In this document: one piece after another, positions 1 through 9,674 of the stretch | Numbering within the stretch: the stretch's first letter is position 1 | Layout of the letters: the number at the start of each line of letters is the position of its first letter | Origin: Candidatus Spongiisociaceae bacterium | GTDB lineage: Bacteria; Actinomycetota; Acidimicrobiia; Spongiisociales; Spongiisociaceae | Assembly (NCBI GenBank): GCA_965202665.1 | Contig: OZ241841.1 | Location: 1,792,001-1,856,000, forward strand | Direction of reading: 5' to 3' | Length of the DNA stretch: 64,000 nucleotides | The notes under the pieces: generated by a model | Databases searched by the model: none | Seen by the model: the letters and a program-made list of their open reading frames with translations, nothing else | Told to the model about the DNA's origin: nothing | Program-made: the position numbers and the translations under genes

Positions 1-169
1 TGGATCGGGTGTTGCATCCTTTGGCGGCCCGTTCCGTTTTGGCCCACCTGGTAAAACTGGAAGCGGAAGGAAAAGTGGAGTTGCCGCCGCTGGCGTCGGG
101 CGGGGACGGGGGCGGGGACGCCGGGCGGTGGGAGCGGAGGGCGGTTCTTGTGACGGGGCGGGAGGGGCG

Positions 170-1594
170 ATGAGGTTGCGCAGGTGGGCGCTGGCGATGC
201 TGGCCGTTTTAGCGGTCGCTTCCCCGGCGTCGGCCCAAACCGAACCGGACATCGCCGACGCGGCCGTGCGGGAAGCCCAGGCGGAACTGGACCGGTTGCA
301 CGCCGAAGCCCAAGAGTTGGCCGACCGCTATCAGCAGGTTTGGGGCGAAGAGGCCTCCCTGTCGGATGAGATTTCCAGCATTGAGGCCTCCTTAGCCGAC
401 CGGCGGGTTGACTTGGAGAAGTTGCGGGCCGCGGCCGGCCAGCGGGCGGTGGAATTGTATATGGACGCCGCCTCGGGGGTGCTGTCCGATGTGTTTTTAT
501 CGGTTTCCCCCTCCGAGATGGACACCCGGGTGGCGTATTTGAGCGAGGTTCGGGAACGCGACCAGCAGTTGTTCGAAGAGTTGCGGGTGGAGACCCGTTT
601 GCTGGCGGAAGAAGGCAATCGCCTGCGACGGCAACAGGAGCGCAGCCTGGAGGTTTTAGCCGAGTTCGAACAGGTGGGATCCGACCTGAACCAGCGCCTG
701 GAGCAGGCCCAAGCCTCCTTCGAGGCCTTACGGGAAGCCGAAGCCCAAGCCGCAGCCGCAGCCGCAACGACCACCACCGTCCCGCCCCCGGAAACCCCGT
801 CCCCAACGACTGCGCCGACCCCTTCCCCCACCACCACCGTTCCCGTCACGACCATTCCCGCAACCGTCGATTCTTCCACCACCACCACCACCGTCCCAAC
901 CACCACGACTACCACTGTCCCCGCCGCGACCACCACCACCATTCCGACAACGACTACCACATCCACGACCACCACGACCGCTCCCCCCACTACCACCACG
1001 ACTACGACCACCACCACTATTCCAACAACGACCACCACCACGACCACGACGACCACCACGATTCCCCCCACCACGACCACCGCCGCCGTAGTAACCCTCC
1101 CCCCGGCGGACGGGCCGGACGAGGCCGACCCGCCGGAGGATGGGGGGGAGGTGGGTCAGCGGCCGGAGGGGGAGGAGATGGCGGAAAGGCCGTCCACCCA
1201 TTGTCCGGTGGACGGGTACATGGTTTTCTCCGACACGTGGGGGGCGCCCCGTTCCGGCGGCCGCCGCCACGAAGGGGTTGATTTCCTAGCCGCCCGGGGA
1301 ACCCCGGTGGTGGCGGTGGAAGACGGAACCATCAGGCGGATGCGCAACGGCGGCTTGGGAGGCATCACGGTGTGGCTGGCCGGCGAAAGCGGCCACCATT
1401 ACTACTACGCCCACCTAAACGAATGGGCGCCGGGCTTGGCGGTGGGCCAGACGGTGGCCGCCGGAGCCCTGCTGGGAACGGTGGGAACCACCGGCAATTC
1501 CCCGGCCCACATCCCCCATCTGCACTGGGAATATCACCCCAACGGCGGCTCGGCCGTAAACCCCACTCCACTGGCCCGCCAACTCTGCAACTAG
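170..1594 (+). CDS. Secreted M23-family peptidoglycan DD-endopeptidase with coiled-coil stalk and Thr-rich linker
   Basis: Signal peptide ending ASA-Q, long coiled coil, poly-Thr linker, C-terminal M23 motifs HEGVD, YYYAHL and HLH. ATG 170 follows GGAGG. Confidence 0.9.
   Translation: MRLRRWALAMLAVLAVASPASAQTEPDIADAAVREAQAELDRLHAEAQELADRYQQVWGEEASLSDEISSIEASLADRRVDLEKLRAAAGQRAVELYMDAASGVLSDVFLSVSPSEMDTRVAYLSEVRERDQQLFEELRVETRLLAEEGNRLRRQQERSLEVLAEFEQVGSDLNQRLEQAQASFEALREAEAQAAAAAATTTTVPPPETPSPTTAPTPSPTTTVPVTTIPATVDSSTTTTTVPTTTTTTVPAATTTTIPTTTTTSTTTTTAPPTTTTTTTTTTIPTTTTTTTTTTTTIPPTTTTAAVVTLPPADGPDEADPPEDGGEVGQRPEGEEMAERPSTHCPVDGYMVFSDTWGAPRSGGRRHEGVDFLAARGTPVVAVEDGTIRRMRNGGLGGITVWLAGESGHHYYYAHLNEWAPGLAVGQTVAAGALLGTVGTTGNSPAHIPHLHWEYHPNGGSAVNPTPLARQLCN
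767..1082 (+). repeat. Low-complexity ACC/ACG codon repeat encoding a Thr/Pro linker
   Basis: Runs of accaccacc/acgacc encoding TTTTT(V/I)P units; boundaries approximate. Confidence 0.85.
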
Positions 1595-1646
1595 CGGCTG
1601 TTGCGTTGGCAACGCCGGTTTCCGACTCACCGTAATCCGGTTATCC

Positions 1647-1663
1647 TACAAGCCTTGTATAAT
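1647..1663 (+). promoter_or_regulatory. Palindrome TACAAG-C-CTTGTA overlapping a TATAAT -10 box (putative operator/promoter)
   Basis: Perfect inverted repeat 1647-1659; TATAAT 1658-1663, about 30 nt upstream of the ATG at 1693. Confidence 0.5.
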
Positions 1664-1692
1664 GCTATTAAGCAACGTGAGCGGAAGGGACG

Positions 1693-2433
1693 ATGATGAA
1701 TTCGGTCGCTGAAAGGTTGGCGCCGTTTTTGCCCGGTCCGGATGAGTTCTATCCGCCGGGCGGCTGGCGGCGCGTGGCATGGACCTGGTGCTGGAATCAG
1801 GGGAAACAGGTGGAGTTCCCGCAGTTGGAACCACAGACGGAGACGTTGCGCCGCGATTTACAGGCGCACCTGGTAGGGCTGGGTTCATCGGAAAAACGGG
1901 CGATGGCGGTTACCAAGTGGGCGATCTTCGAGTACATGAAAGATCGGCGGGGCATGTGGGAACACCGGCACGAGCCTCCGCCCGTCAACCCCATGCGTCC
2001 CTATCCTGTTTTCTTAGTCACCGATTTACCTCATCTGATGCGGAAGCCAAACGGGCGGGGCCGCTATCGATCGCTAGTCCAATTTTCCAAAGACTGGGCC
2101 GTATATCCTCTGCGACGGAAAGAAATGATGGCCGACCCTCCACCGCCGGACACCGAATTCGGGATAGCGGTCAGCATAGCCGCCGTGGTACACGCCTTAT
2201 GCGACCTAGACGGCCTCCCCCCGCCGAACTGGGTGTTCGCCCACCGCTCCCCGGAACCAATGAAACCATGGGGAGTATCACCATCTCTTAAACCGGAGTT
2301 CACCAGTAAAACTCCTCCAGCTTGCCTCTATCACAACGTTTACTTCGATTACCACTTTATCGAAGGCCCCCTGTGGATCAGCCTCCCCCCAACCGCTTGT
2401 CGAAACAACCCAGAGGAGGCCCTAAGCCGATGA
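1693..2433 (+). CDS. Hypothetical protein, probable antitoxin/partner of the downstream nucleotidyltransferase
   Basis: C-terminal AAVVHALC..G...P.W and P.AC..HNVY pattern resembles small proteins found upstream of DUF6036-type NTases; ATGA overlap with next gene. Confidence 0.6.
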   Translation: MMNSVAERLAPFLPGPDEFYPPGGWRRVAWTWCWNQGKQVEFPQLEPQTETLRRDLQAHLVGLGSSEKRAMAVTKWAIFEYMKDRRGMWEHRHEPPPVNPMRPYPVFLVTDLPHLMRKPNGRGRYRSLVQFSKDWAVYPLRRKEMMADPPPPDTEFGIAVSIAAVVHALCDLDGLPPPNWVFAHRSPEPMKPWGVSPSLKPEFTSKTPPACLYHNVYFDYHFIEGPLWISLPPTACRNNPEEALSR

Positions 2434-3086
2434 CCAGCAATCAAAAAGAACTAAACGGCCCGCTCATATGGCGCCTACTGGAAAAGGTGGACTCCAACCT
2501 ACGAGGCCACTTCACCGAGGTGCTTATTGTCGGTGGCGCCGCACTGTCGATACATTGGATGATACAACAGACGCATGAGAGAGGAACCTTCGACGTTGAT
2601 GTGGTGCATCTCCTACCTCAACCTTCCGAACGCACTACCCGATCCGTTGACTCATTAACTATCCCGCTTCCCTATCATCTTGACCAAGCTGTACAAGCAG
2701 TAGCCCGCCGAGAGGATTTGGGCGTAAGATGGCTCAACAATGATGCCAGAGGTTCCATACCACCTATCTCCGATCTGCAACAAGAGATGCTATTTCGAGG
2801 AAAAAATCTTCATGTATACCGGCCGAGCCTACCAGTCTTGTTGGCTATGAAATTGACTGCCCACCGCCTAGATAAAGACTTAGAAGATACAATAAAACTA
2901 GCAATAGAAACAGGTATCACCGAAAAAGATGAAATGCTTAAACTACTTGAAGATACATATGGACCAGGACACATAAATTCTGATATTAGAGAGTTTATAA
3001 ACAAAGCAACCAACCGTATACCTTCCCGATATAAACCAGAAAATCAAATCTCTTCCCGCGGAGACAATAGCGACCTAGATCTATAA
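2430..3086 (+). CDS. DUF6036/AbiEii-like nucleotidyltransferase (putative toxin)
   Basis: Motifs IVGGAAL, R.T.DVD, WLNND, LLAMKL..R..KD..D; lower GC than flanks. Confidence 0.75.
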   Translation: MTSNQKELNGPLIWRLLEKVDSNLRGHFTEVLIVGGAALSIHWMIQQTHERGTFDVDVVHLLPQPSERTTRSVDSLTIPLPYHLDQAVQAVARREDLGVRWLNNDARGSIPPISDLQQEMLFRGKNLHVYRPSLPVLLAMKLTAHRLDKDLEDTIKLAIETGITEKDEMLKLLEDTYGPGHINSDIREFINKATNRIPSRYKPENQISSRGDNSDLDL

Positions 3087-3267
3087 ACCTTCTTTAACTC
3101 TTCAATGCGACGACCGATGTTCTGTCTGTCTGGTCAGCAGGAACAGGCAAAACCAGGTGTCCGTACAGGCTCATACAGGCCTGTTTCTGATGGTGCCCTG
3201 AACTGGACACTAGGGAAATCGGAGACTGACAGGCAAAATCCAGGCCTGGACAGGCCTGTTCCAGCCC

Positions 3268-3507
3268 CTATCCGTCAGGTCGCCCTTCCCCGGCCAAACG
3301 GGCCAAGTGAGATCTGTACACCTGCTCCATATTGGCCCAAAGCCGGGCGGGTATGTCCGTGGCGCGTTCCAACCTGATAGCGGTTTCCGCGTTTATAGGA
3401 TCCTCCCCGTTTATTAGTTGGCTTATATGTTTTTCGGACAGTCCGGTATGGCGAGCCAAGTCCGCCCGGCTCATAGAGCGCTCTTCGAGGGGACAACCTG
3501 AGCCCAA
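3268..3507 (-). pseudogene. higA: HigA/XRE-family HTH antitoxin remnant
   Basis: LEERSMSRADLARHTGLSEKHISQLING..PI.AETAIRLE......ARLW.N....Y matches HigA; usual N-terminal PGE segment absent and no toxin adjacent. Confidence 0.6.
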
Positions 3508-3643
3508 TCAATCACCTTCCCAAAATAAAAAGGGCAAAACTGCTGGCGGTGGCGCGGGTTTGAGGAGTTTTTTTCGGCGCGAACAACCAGGGAGAAAGAG
3601 CACTGCCCGGCCCCGTTCCCCGACTTGCTTCCGCAACCGCCTT

Positions 3644-6549
3644 TTACCGCCCGCCCCGCACTTTCGGCTCCGCCGTCCAGTGTTTGGCGAACCACGCCGC
3701 GGTCTTCTCCCGGTGCTTGGCGGGGACGCCCAGGATGTCGGCGGCGGCCAGATCCAGTTTCCTCCGGTTGTCGTCGCAGTCCGCGTAAACCGCTGGCTCC
3801 AACTCCATCCCGAACAGATCGTCGCGCCGCTCCAAGTAGGGTTCAGCGCGTGCGGCGAGTTTGGGGTCCGTGAAGTTGGGGCAGGGGATGCGGCGTATGT
3901 CTCCAATCTGTGTCCGGGTGCGTCCGGTGTGCTGACGGGAGCCCACCGCCCAGTGGTTGACGAACCCGAAGATGCTGTTCGCCCACACCGCAAACGCGAA
4001 GCGGGTTATCTCCGACCCGCCCCGCAACGGTGCCCAGACACTGCCCCCCAGCACCGGCTCGGCGGTAACGGCGGTCAAGATTTTTTGAGATGTCCAAGAC
4101 ATGTTTCGCTGATAGAACAGGTCGGTCTTGCGGGCGATTTCCCGCGCAGTCTTGTCCCTCCGATAAATCTCCCCATAGTGTGTGGGTTCGGTCAGGATAG
4201 TTACCTTGCCGCCGCCGTCGGCGGCCCACAAAGAGAGATGGGTCGTTTCCCTGCCCAACTGTCCGGGGATTCTTTCATGTATGGTAAAAGCCCCGATGGG
4301 CTCGCGGCCAACTAGATGTCCAATGAGGTGGTGAGTGGGCCCGACCTCTTCGAACAACTCTCCGATGGTCGTCATAGGAAACGCAACCAGACGTATCCCT
4401 TCCTTACTCACGACACCCGTTATCAGGTTGTGAGCGTCCGGGTAAAACCCCATCAAACTCTCCATCCCCACCCCATACCAAGGGGAACCCGGAGAGGCTG
4501 GAGGAGCGGCGTAAAAAGAACCTACCTGGTCCTCGCCGACTATCAGCGGGCCGAAGTCCCCGGGCTTCGCTTTATCCAGCACACCTACCATCGCCCGCGC
4601 TATCTCAGCGCCCGCGTTGGCGGAGGCAAGTGGGGCGTCTATATGAACGTATCCGACGCCTTCCCGCCCAGAGTTTCCCTTACGGGCGAACAATGTCATC
4701 TCCCCCATGTTGGTGTCGGCGCTTATAGACCCATCCCCTCCGAAAGCGGCGGCTATCACATCCCGGTAACACTCCTCGAACATTGCCCGCATCTTTCTGA
4801 ACGACCCTGCCGCGGCGGCGGTAAGCGGGAGTATCAGCCCCACCTTTCCCCCGTCTTTTATTTTGCGGTCGGCTATGGCCGCGAACGCGGTGCTCATGCC
4901 CGCCTTCTTGTCCCGGCAGGTTCCTTTGCTGAGACGGGCGTCCCGCTTTAGCAACAGCATTCTGTCCGAAACAGTTATACCCGGTAGGTCGTAGGCCTTA
5001 TGCCCACCTCTAGTTCCTGAATAGGGGGGGTTCATCAGCACCGCGTCGAAAGATTTATCTTCGGCGCTCACCCTGTTTATATCCCCGCCCTCAACGGGCT
5101 GGGAACCTCTGAGCTGGGAGAAGTCGTAGGTGAGCAGATGCTGTTGGGAGGAGTCTTTGTCGAGCAGTTCTATGGAACCGCAACGCACATCGTCCGTACC
5201 CGCCGGGGCGGTTTTAGTCTTTCCCAGTTTCATCCCGCCGATGTTGGTGTCGTGGTAGGCGGTTTCCGGTTGCAGGCCGACTATCCCGGCGGCGGTGAGG
5301 TGGACGGCTATCGGGTTGATGTCCAACCCGCACAACCCGCTCTCCATCATCCGCCGGTGGAACTCCCCCATGTCCGGGGGGGGGGGGGGGGCTCGGCGTC
5401 GGCGAGCTTTCTCAGCCGCCGATATCCGGCGCGGAGGAGTGCCCCCGTCCCGCAAGCGAAGTCGGCTATCCGCCACCGCCCGGGGTCGGAGGGGAGCCCG
5501 GCGCGGTCGGGGAGGACGGCGTGCGCCAAAAACTCGGCGTTCTCCGGTCTCGTGTAAAAAGCCGCCGATTTTTTCCGCTCGCCGCCGTCCATCACCCTGG
5601 CGAACACCTCCCCTCCGATGTTGGCGGTCTTCCCCAGCAACTCGCCCTCCACCGCGGCAACCGCTTTATCCAGGTTGGCGAAGACGCCCCGGTAGTCGGG
5701 GGAGGACATCACCTGCGGATAGCATTCTACGGCCACATCGAAGATGGAGCGGTAGTTCTCCTCCAACACTAACTTCCAGGCCTCCTTCACTTTGCGGCCG
5801 TCCAGTCCCCCCTGGGTGCGGCAGGCGTCGACCGACTTGTAGGGTTTCCCGGCACGGGACAACTCGTTGAGGATGAGTAGCGAATCGAACCAGACGACGC
5901 ACGCCACCCGCAGCCCCGCCTCCGGGTTGCCCGGATAGCCCATCCTCGCGGAGATGCGCTCCACCTCTCCGGGGTGTTTGCGGAGTGCCCCTCTCAGCGC
6001 GGCGGCGGCGGCCGAAACGTGGAACGCCACCGCCACCCCCGCCTTGGTTATTACCGAAACATCGGCGGAGGAGTTCTCCACGCTGGACGCAAAGTCGGAG
6101 ATCGTTCCGGTCAGGTAACCGGCCTTCGGCCAAACTACCGTCCCCCCGCCCCTGGCTTTGGTGATGAACTTCCATCTGACCTCAGCGCCCTTCAAAAACT
6201 CGGCTTCCATTTCGCTCCGAGGCCAATCTTTGGCCTCCTGGGGGTAGCGCACCGCAATCCCCTTGCGGACATACTCGCCGTTGCTCCGGCTCGGCTTATC
6301 AGAAAGCGGTGCCACCCCCAGTTTCTTCTTGGCGTCCTCCACCGGGTCGTCGGCGACGTCGCTCTCCTTGCACTCCACCAGCATCGGCGGGTGGGCGGGG
6401 AGCGTCAGCAGCACATCCGGTTTTATCTGCCTCCCTTCGAACATGTCGCCAGCTTTGCGGTCGTCCGCCACGACATCGGCGGGATCCCACCCGGACACCC
6501 GGAGCAGGGCGTCTCGGAAGCTGACGTTGATGTACGTCTCGGCGGCCAT
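3644..6549 (-). CDS. Fused restriction endonuclease / N6-adenine methyltransferase (type IIG-like), frameshifted at an internal C16 tract
   Basis: ORF 6549-5347 has PD..ECK nuclease motif, AFYT and motif I DFACGTG. The ORF ending 3644 carries GLDINP and motif IV NPPY plus a TRD-like tail. The two frames meet at the homopolymer 5376-5391. Confidence 0.85.
5376..5391 (-). repeat. G16 (C16 on the coding strand) homopolymer, putative slipped-strand phase-variation tract
   Basis: 16 consecutive G on + strand; C14 or C17 would restore the R-M reading frame. Confidence 0.85.
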
Positions 6550-7046
6550 CAGGAAGAGCACTGGGGGTCGGGGAGTTGCGCGGCCAGGTTGTGGAGTGAC
6601 TGAGCCGCCTCATTGTCGCCCCTGCCTCTCGGCGGCGCGGATGTTGGCCTCGATGGCATGCTGGGTAGATACCTGCTCGTAGCCTCGGCCGCTCTCGCGT
6701 CCGATGCGCATCCCATCCTTAAGGCCGCTCCGGTAGCCCGCCCGTAGTCCTGGGCGGGGGGCGGTTTCCGGTTGTCTAACGGCGGCCTGGGCGGGTTGTC
6801 CGCTACTGGACGGGGGTCGTCCTCCGGTTCGTATTCGACGACCGGGAGTACGGCGGGGGTTACCCGAACGGCGGCGGTTAGGGGGAGAATAGTCCGGGAG
6901 TCGTAGAACCGAATCCAGACGCGGCGGGGATTTCCCGTTATCCGCAGTCCTCCGTTCAGCCGCCCGCCAAAGGCGGCGGGGGGTTCGTCCTGGGCGGCCT
7001 GTTCGGTAGCGACCGGAGTCGTCCGGGCGGGAGTCGCAGTCGCCAT
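6549..7046 (-). CDS. Hypothetical protein, possibly a frameshifted phage-like remnant
   Basis: GGAAAGGA RBS before ATG 7046; its stop overlaps the R-M start (TGATG). An alternative frame near 6745 reads GYRSGLKDG..G, suggesting a frameshift. Confidence 0.35.
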   Translation of the reverse strand: MATATPARTTPVATEQAAQDEPPAAFGGRLNGGLRITGNPRRVWIRFYDSRTILPLTAAVRVTPAVLPVVEYEPEDDPRPVADNPPRPPLDNRKPPPAQDYGRATGAALRMGCASDARAAEATSRYLPSMPSRPTSAPPRGRGDNEAAQSLHNLAAQLPDPQCSS

Positions 7047-7462
7047 CGTTCGTCCTTTCCACCGGGGGCTATCCGGTGCGGGTTCGGCGACGGAGGGCTA
7101 TCCCGCCGTCCGTTATCGCAGAACATTAGCCGATTCGGCGGCGGGGCGTAAAGTCGGCGTGGTTCGTCCGGAGTTGTCCGGGCTCGTAACACCGCCGCAG
7201 TCCGCCGATGCGGGCGGTTACCGGTTTCGTCCTATAACCCACCGAGTTCCCGCCGTCCGTTTTCTCGGGTTCGTTATTCGCCGCGGTATGTATATACCGG
7301 ATTACAAGGCCGTTTGTACCGGGGTATCCAGTTGTCGTATTCGTCGGTGACGTAGGCGGCCGCGTCCGCGGCGTAGGCGGCGGCCGCTTTTCCGCAGTCG
7401 TTGATTCCTTGTACTTGTTGCGGATCTGTACCCTATCTTCCTTTCTTTCTTGCTCGTTCGGT

Positions 7463-8662
7463 CTAACGATTGGGGTGTGGTGATGCGGGCGGGGCGGGGG
7501 GCGGGGGGAGGCCTTCCAGGATTTTGGCGATGCGGCCGGTGCAGGTTTCGGCCGCGGCGGGCGGGACCAGTTCCACTAGGCGGGCCGCTATTTGGGTGAT
7601 GCGGCGGGCGGCGGGGCCGTCCGGGCGGGCGGCCATGATGGGCGAGCCTTCGTCCGCCCCCCGCCCCAACTCCGGGTCCAGGGGAATCCGCCCGATCAGG
7701 GGGACGCCCAGCCAGTCGGCCAGTTCCCGGCCCCCGCCTTCCCCGAACAGATGGTGCCGCTCCCCGTCCGGCGCTTCAAAATAGGACATGTTTTCTATCA
7801 CCCCCACCACCGGCATAGCCGACCGGCGGGCCATGTCCGCCACCCGCACCGCCACCTTCTGGGCGGTTTTGGGCGGGGTGGTGACCACCACCATCTCCGC
7901 CTGGGGCAACATGCGGGACAGGGCCATCTGAATATCCCCGGTGCCGGGCGGCATATCTATTACCAGATAGTCCAACTCCCCCCACGCCACCTGCTGCAGA
8001 AACTGCTCCAAGGCTTTGGACAGCATCAGGCCCCGCCACATCAGGGCCGTTTCCTCCGATTCCACGATCAGGCCGGTGGACACCACTTTTATCCCATGCG
8101 CCGTCGCCGGGGTCATCAGCCGGGTGTCCGGGTCGGCCTCGATCCGCACCTGCGGGACTTGCGCGCCCAGCATGCGGGGAACGGAAAACCCCCAGATGTC
8201 GGCGTCCAGCAACCCCACCCGGAAGCCCAGCCCGCGGATGGCCAGGGCCAGGTTGACCGAAACCGAACTTTTGCCCACCCCCCCTTTGCCGCTGCTCACC
8301 GCCAGCACGCGGGTGGAAGTCGCCACCTGGGTGGGGGCGGCGTTTTCCCGGACGCGGCGGCGGGCGGTTTCCATCAGTTCGGCCCGTTGCTTTTTGGTCA
8401 TCGCCCGGGTTTCCACCGCCACCCGCTCCACCCCCGGGATGGCCCCCACTTTGCGGCGGGCGTCGTTTTCTATCTGGGAGCGCATCGGGCATTCGGCGAT
8501 GGTCAAAGCCAAGCCGATGGTCACCTCCCCCTCCCGGATGCGAACCTCCCGGATCATTCCCAGATCCACCACGTCCGAACCCAGTTCGGGGTCGAACACT
8601 CCCCGCAGGGCTTCCATCACCTGGTCTTCGGACACCGTCCTGGTCTGCGGGGGGCCTTTCAT
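7463..8662 (-). CDS. mrp: Mrp/NBP35 Fe-S cluster carrier ATPase with N-terminal DUF59 domain
   Basis: DPELG..VVDLG, CP, SGKGGVGKS, DADIWG, DMPPGTGD, GVIENMS motifs. Confidence 0.92.
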   Translation of the reverse strand: MKGPPQTRTVSEDQVMEALRGVFDPELGSDVVDLGMIREVRIREGEVTIGLALTIAECPMRSQIENDARRKVGAIPGVERVAVETRAMTKKQRAELMETARRRVRENAAPTQVATSTRVLAVSSGKGGVGKSSVSVNLALAIRGLGFRVGLLDADIWGFSVPRMLGAQVPQVRIEADPDTRLMTPATAHGIKVVSTGLIVESEETALMWRGLMLSKALEQFLQQVAWGELDYLVIDMPPGTGDIQMALSRMLPQAEMVVVTTPPKTAQKVAVRVADMARRSAMPVVGVIENMSYFEAPDGERHHLFGEGGGRELADWLGVPLIGRIPLDPELGRGADEGSPIMAARPDGPAARRITQIAARLVELVPPAAAETCTGRIAKILEGLPPPPAPPASPHPNR

Positions 8663-8812
8663 ATCCGCCAGGTTATCCCATCCGCGCCCCCCAAATTCCG
8701 TTCGCCCGCCCGGTTTCCCGTCGCCGGTCGCCGCCGGAGGCGGAAAAGGGGTTATAATGGACGGCGCAGATAGGCCCGCGTTAGCGCAGAATGCGGACCG
8801 AGGAGTGAAATC

Positions 8813-9175
8813 GTGGAACAACTGGTAACAATCGCCCCCCGGAAGACGGAGCGCGCCGTGACCCTCACCCCCGGCGCGGTGGACAAGATCCGGGATTTGC
8901 TGGCGGCGGAAGACGACCCCGGCCTGTCCCTGCGGATGGCGGTGCGGCCGGGCGGATGCTCCGGTTTCTCCTACGAGATGTTTTTCGACTCCGACCGGGG
9001 AGCGGACGACATCGTGGAAGACTTCGACGGGGTGGCGGTGTTGGTGGATTCGCAGAGCGCCGGCCTGTTGCGCGGGGCGGTGCTGGACTATCAGGACGGC
9101 CTGATGGGGGCCGGGTTCGCCATCAACAACCCCAACGTGTCCCGCTCCTGCGGTTGCGGCAACAGCTTCAGCTGA
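8813..9175 (+). CDS. A-type Fe-S carrier protein (HesB/IscA/ErpA family)
   Basis: GGCSGFSY and NPN...SCGCGNSF motifs. Confidence 0.93.
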   Translation: MEQLVTIAPRKTERAVTLTPGAVDKIRDLLAAEDDPGLSLRMAVRPGGCSGFSYEMFFDSDRGADDIVEDFDGVAVLVDSQSAGLLRGAVLDYQDGLMGAGFAINNPNVSRSCGCGNSFS

Positions 9176-9267
9176 ACCGACCCCGCTTCCCAAAACGGGC
9201 GCCCGCTGGTTTCATCCCCCCGGCGGCGGGTATTCTTGCCTGCTGAAACCCGTGAAAGGAGGCGGTT

Positions 9268-9660
9268 ATTCCCAAGCGCATACTCCCCACCCCCAGCGCC
9301 CCGCCCGCTATGGCCCCCTATTCGGTGGCGGCCCGGGCCGGGAGGCTGATTTTCATTTCCGGCCAAGTGGCCCTCAAACCGGAAGGGGGCCGGGCCGGCG
9401 AAGACGTCGTCGAGCAGACCCGGACGGTGATGGACAACATCGGGGCCCTGCTGGGCGACCTCGGGTTGGACTTCTCCGACATCGTGAAAACCACCATTTT
9501 TATGGCCGACATCAACGACTATGCGGCCATCAACGAAGTTTACGGCGGGTATTTCCCGGCTGACCCGCCCGCCCGGTCGGCGGTGCAGGCGGCGGCCCTG
9601 CCGGGGGGATTCCGGGTGGAAATAGAGGTGATCGCCGCCGCCCGCCCCGACTCCGGCTGA
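9268..9660 (+). CDS. ridA: RidA/YjgF enamine-imine deaminase, probably initiated at ATT
   Basis: PYS, FISGQ, KTTIF, N.VY, PARS, LP....VEIE. The in-frame ATT 9268 after AAAGGAGG restores the usual K.I.T..AP N-terminus; first ATG is at 9310. Confidence 0.88.
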   Translation: MPKRILPTPSAPPAMAPYSVAARAGRLIFISGQVALKPEGGRAGEDVVEQTRTVMDNIGALLGDLGLDFSDIVKTTIFMADINDYAAINEVYGGYFPADPPARSAVQAAALPGGFRVEIEVIAAARPDSG

Positions 9661-9674
9661 AACCGCATCGGGTG

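Noticed and set aside
331-1080. 249-aa poly-Val ORF on the minus strand
   Set aside because: It is the antisense shadow of the Thr-rich linker.
1632-7305. 10-bp inverted match GTAATCCGGT (1632) / ACCGGATTAC (7296) near the islet ends, as possible terminal repeats
   Set aside because: Too short, no target-site duplication or transposase, and not at the exact boundaries.
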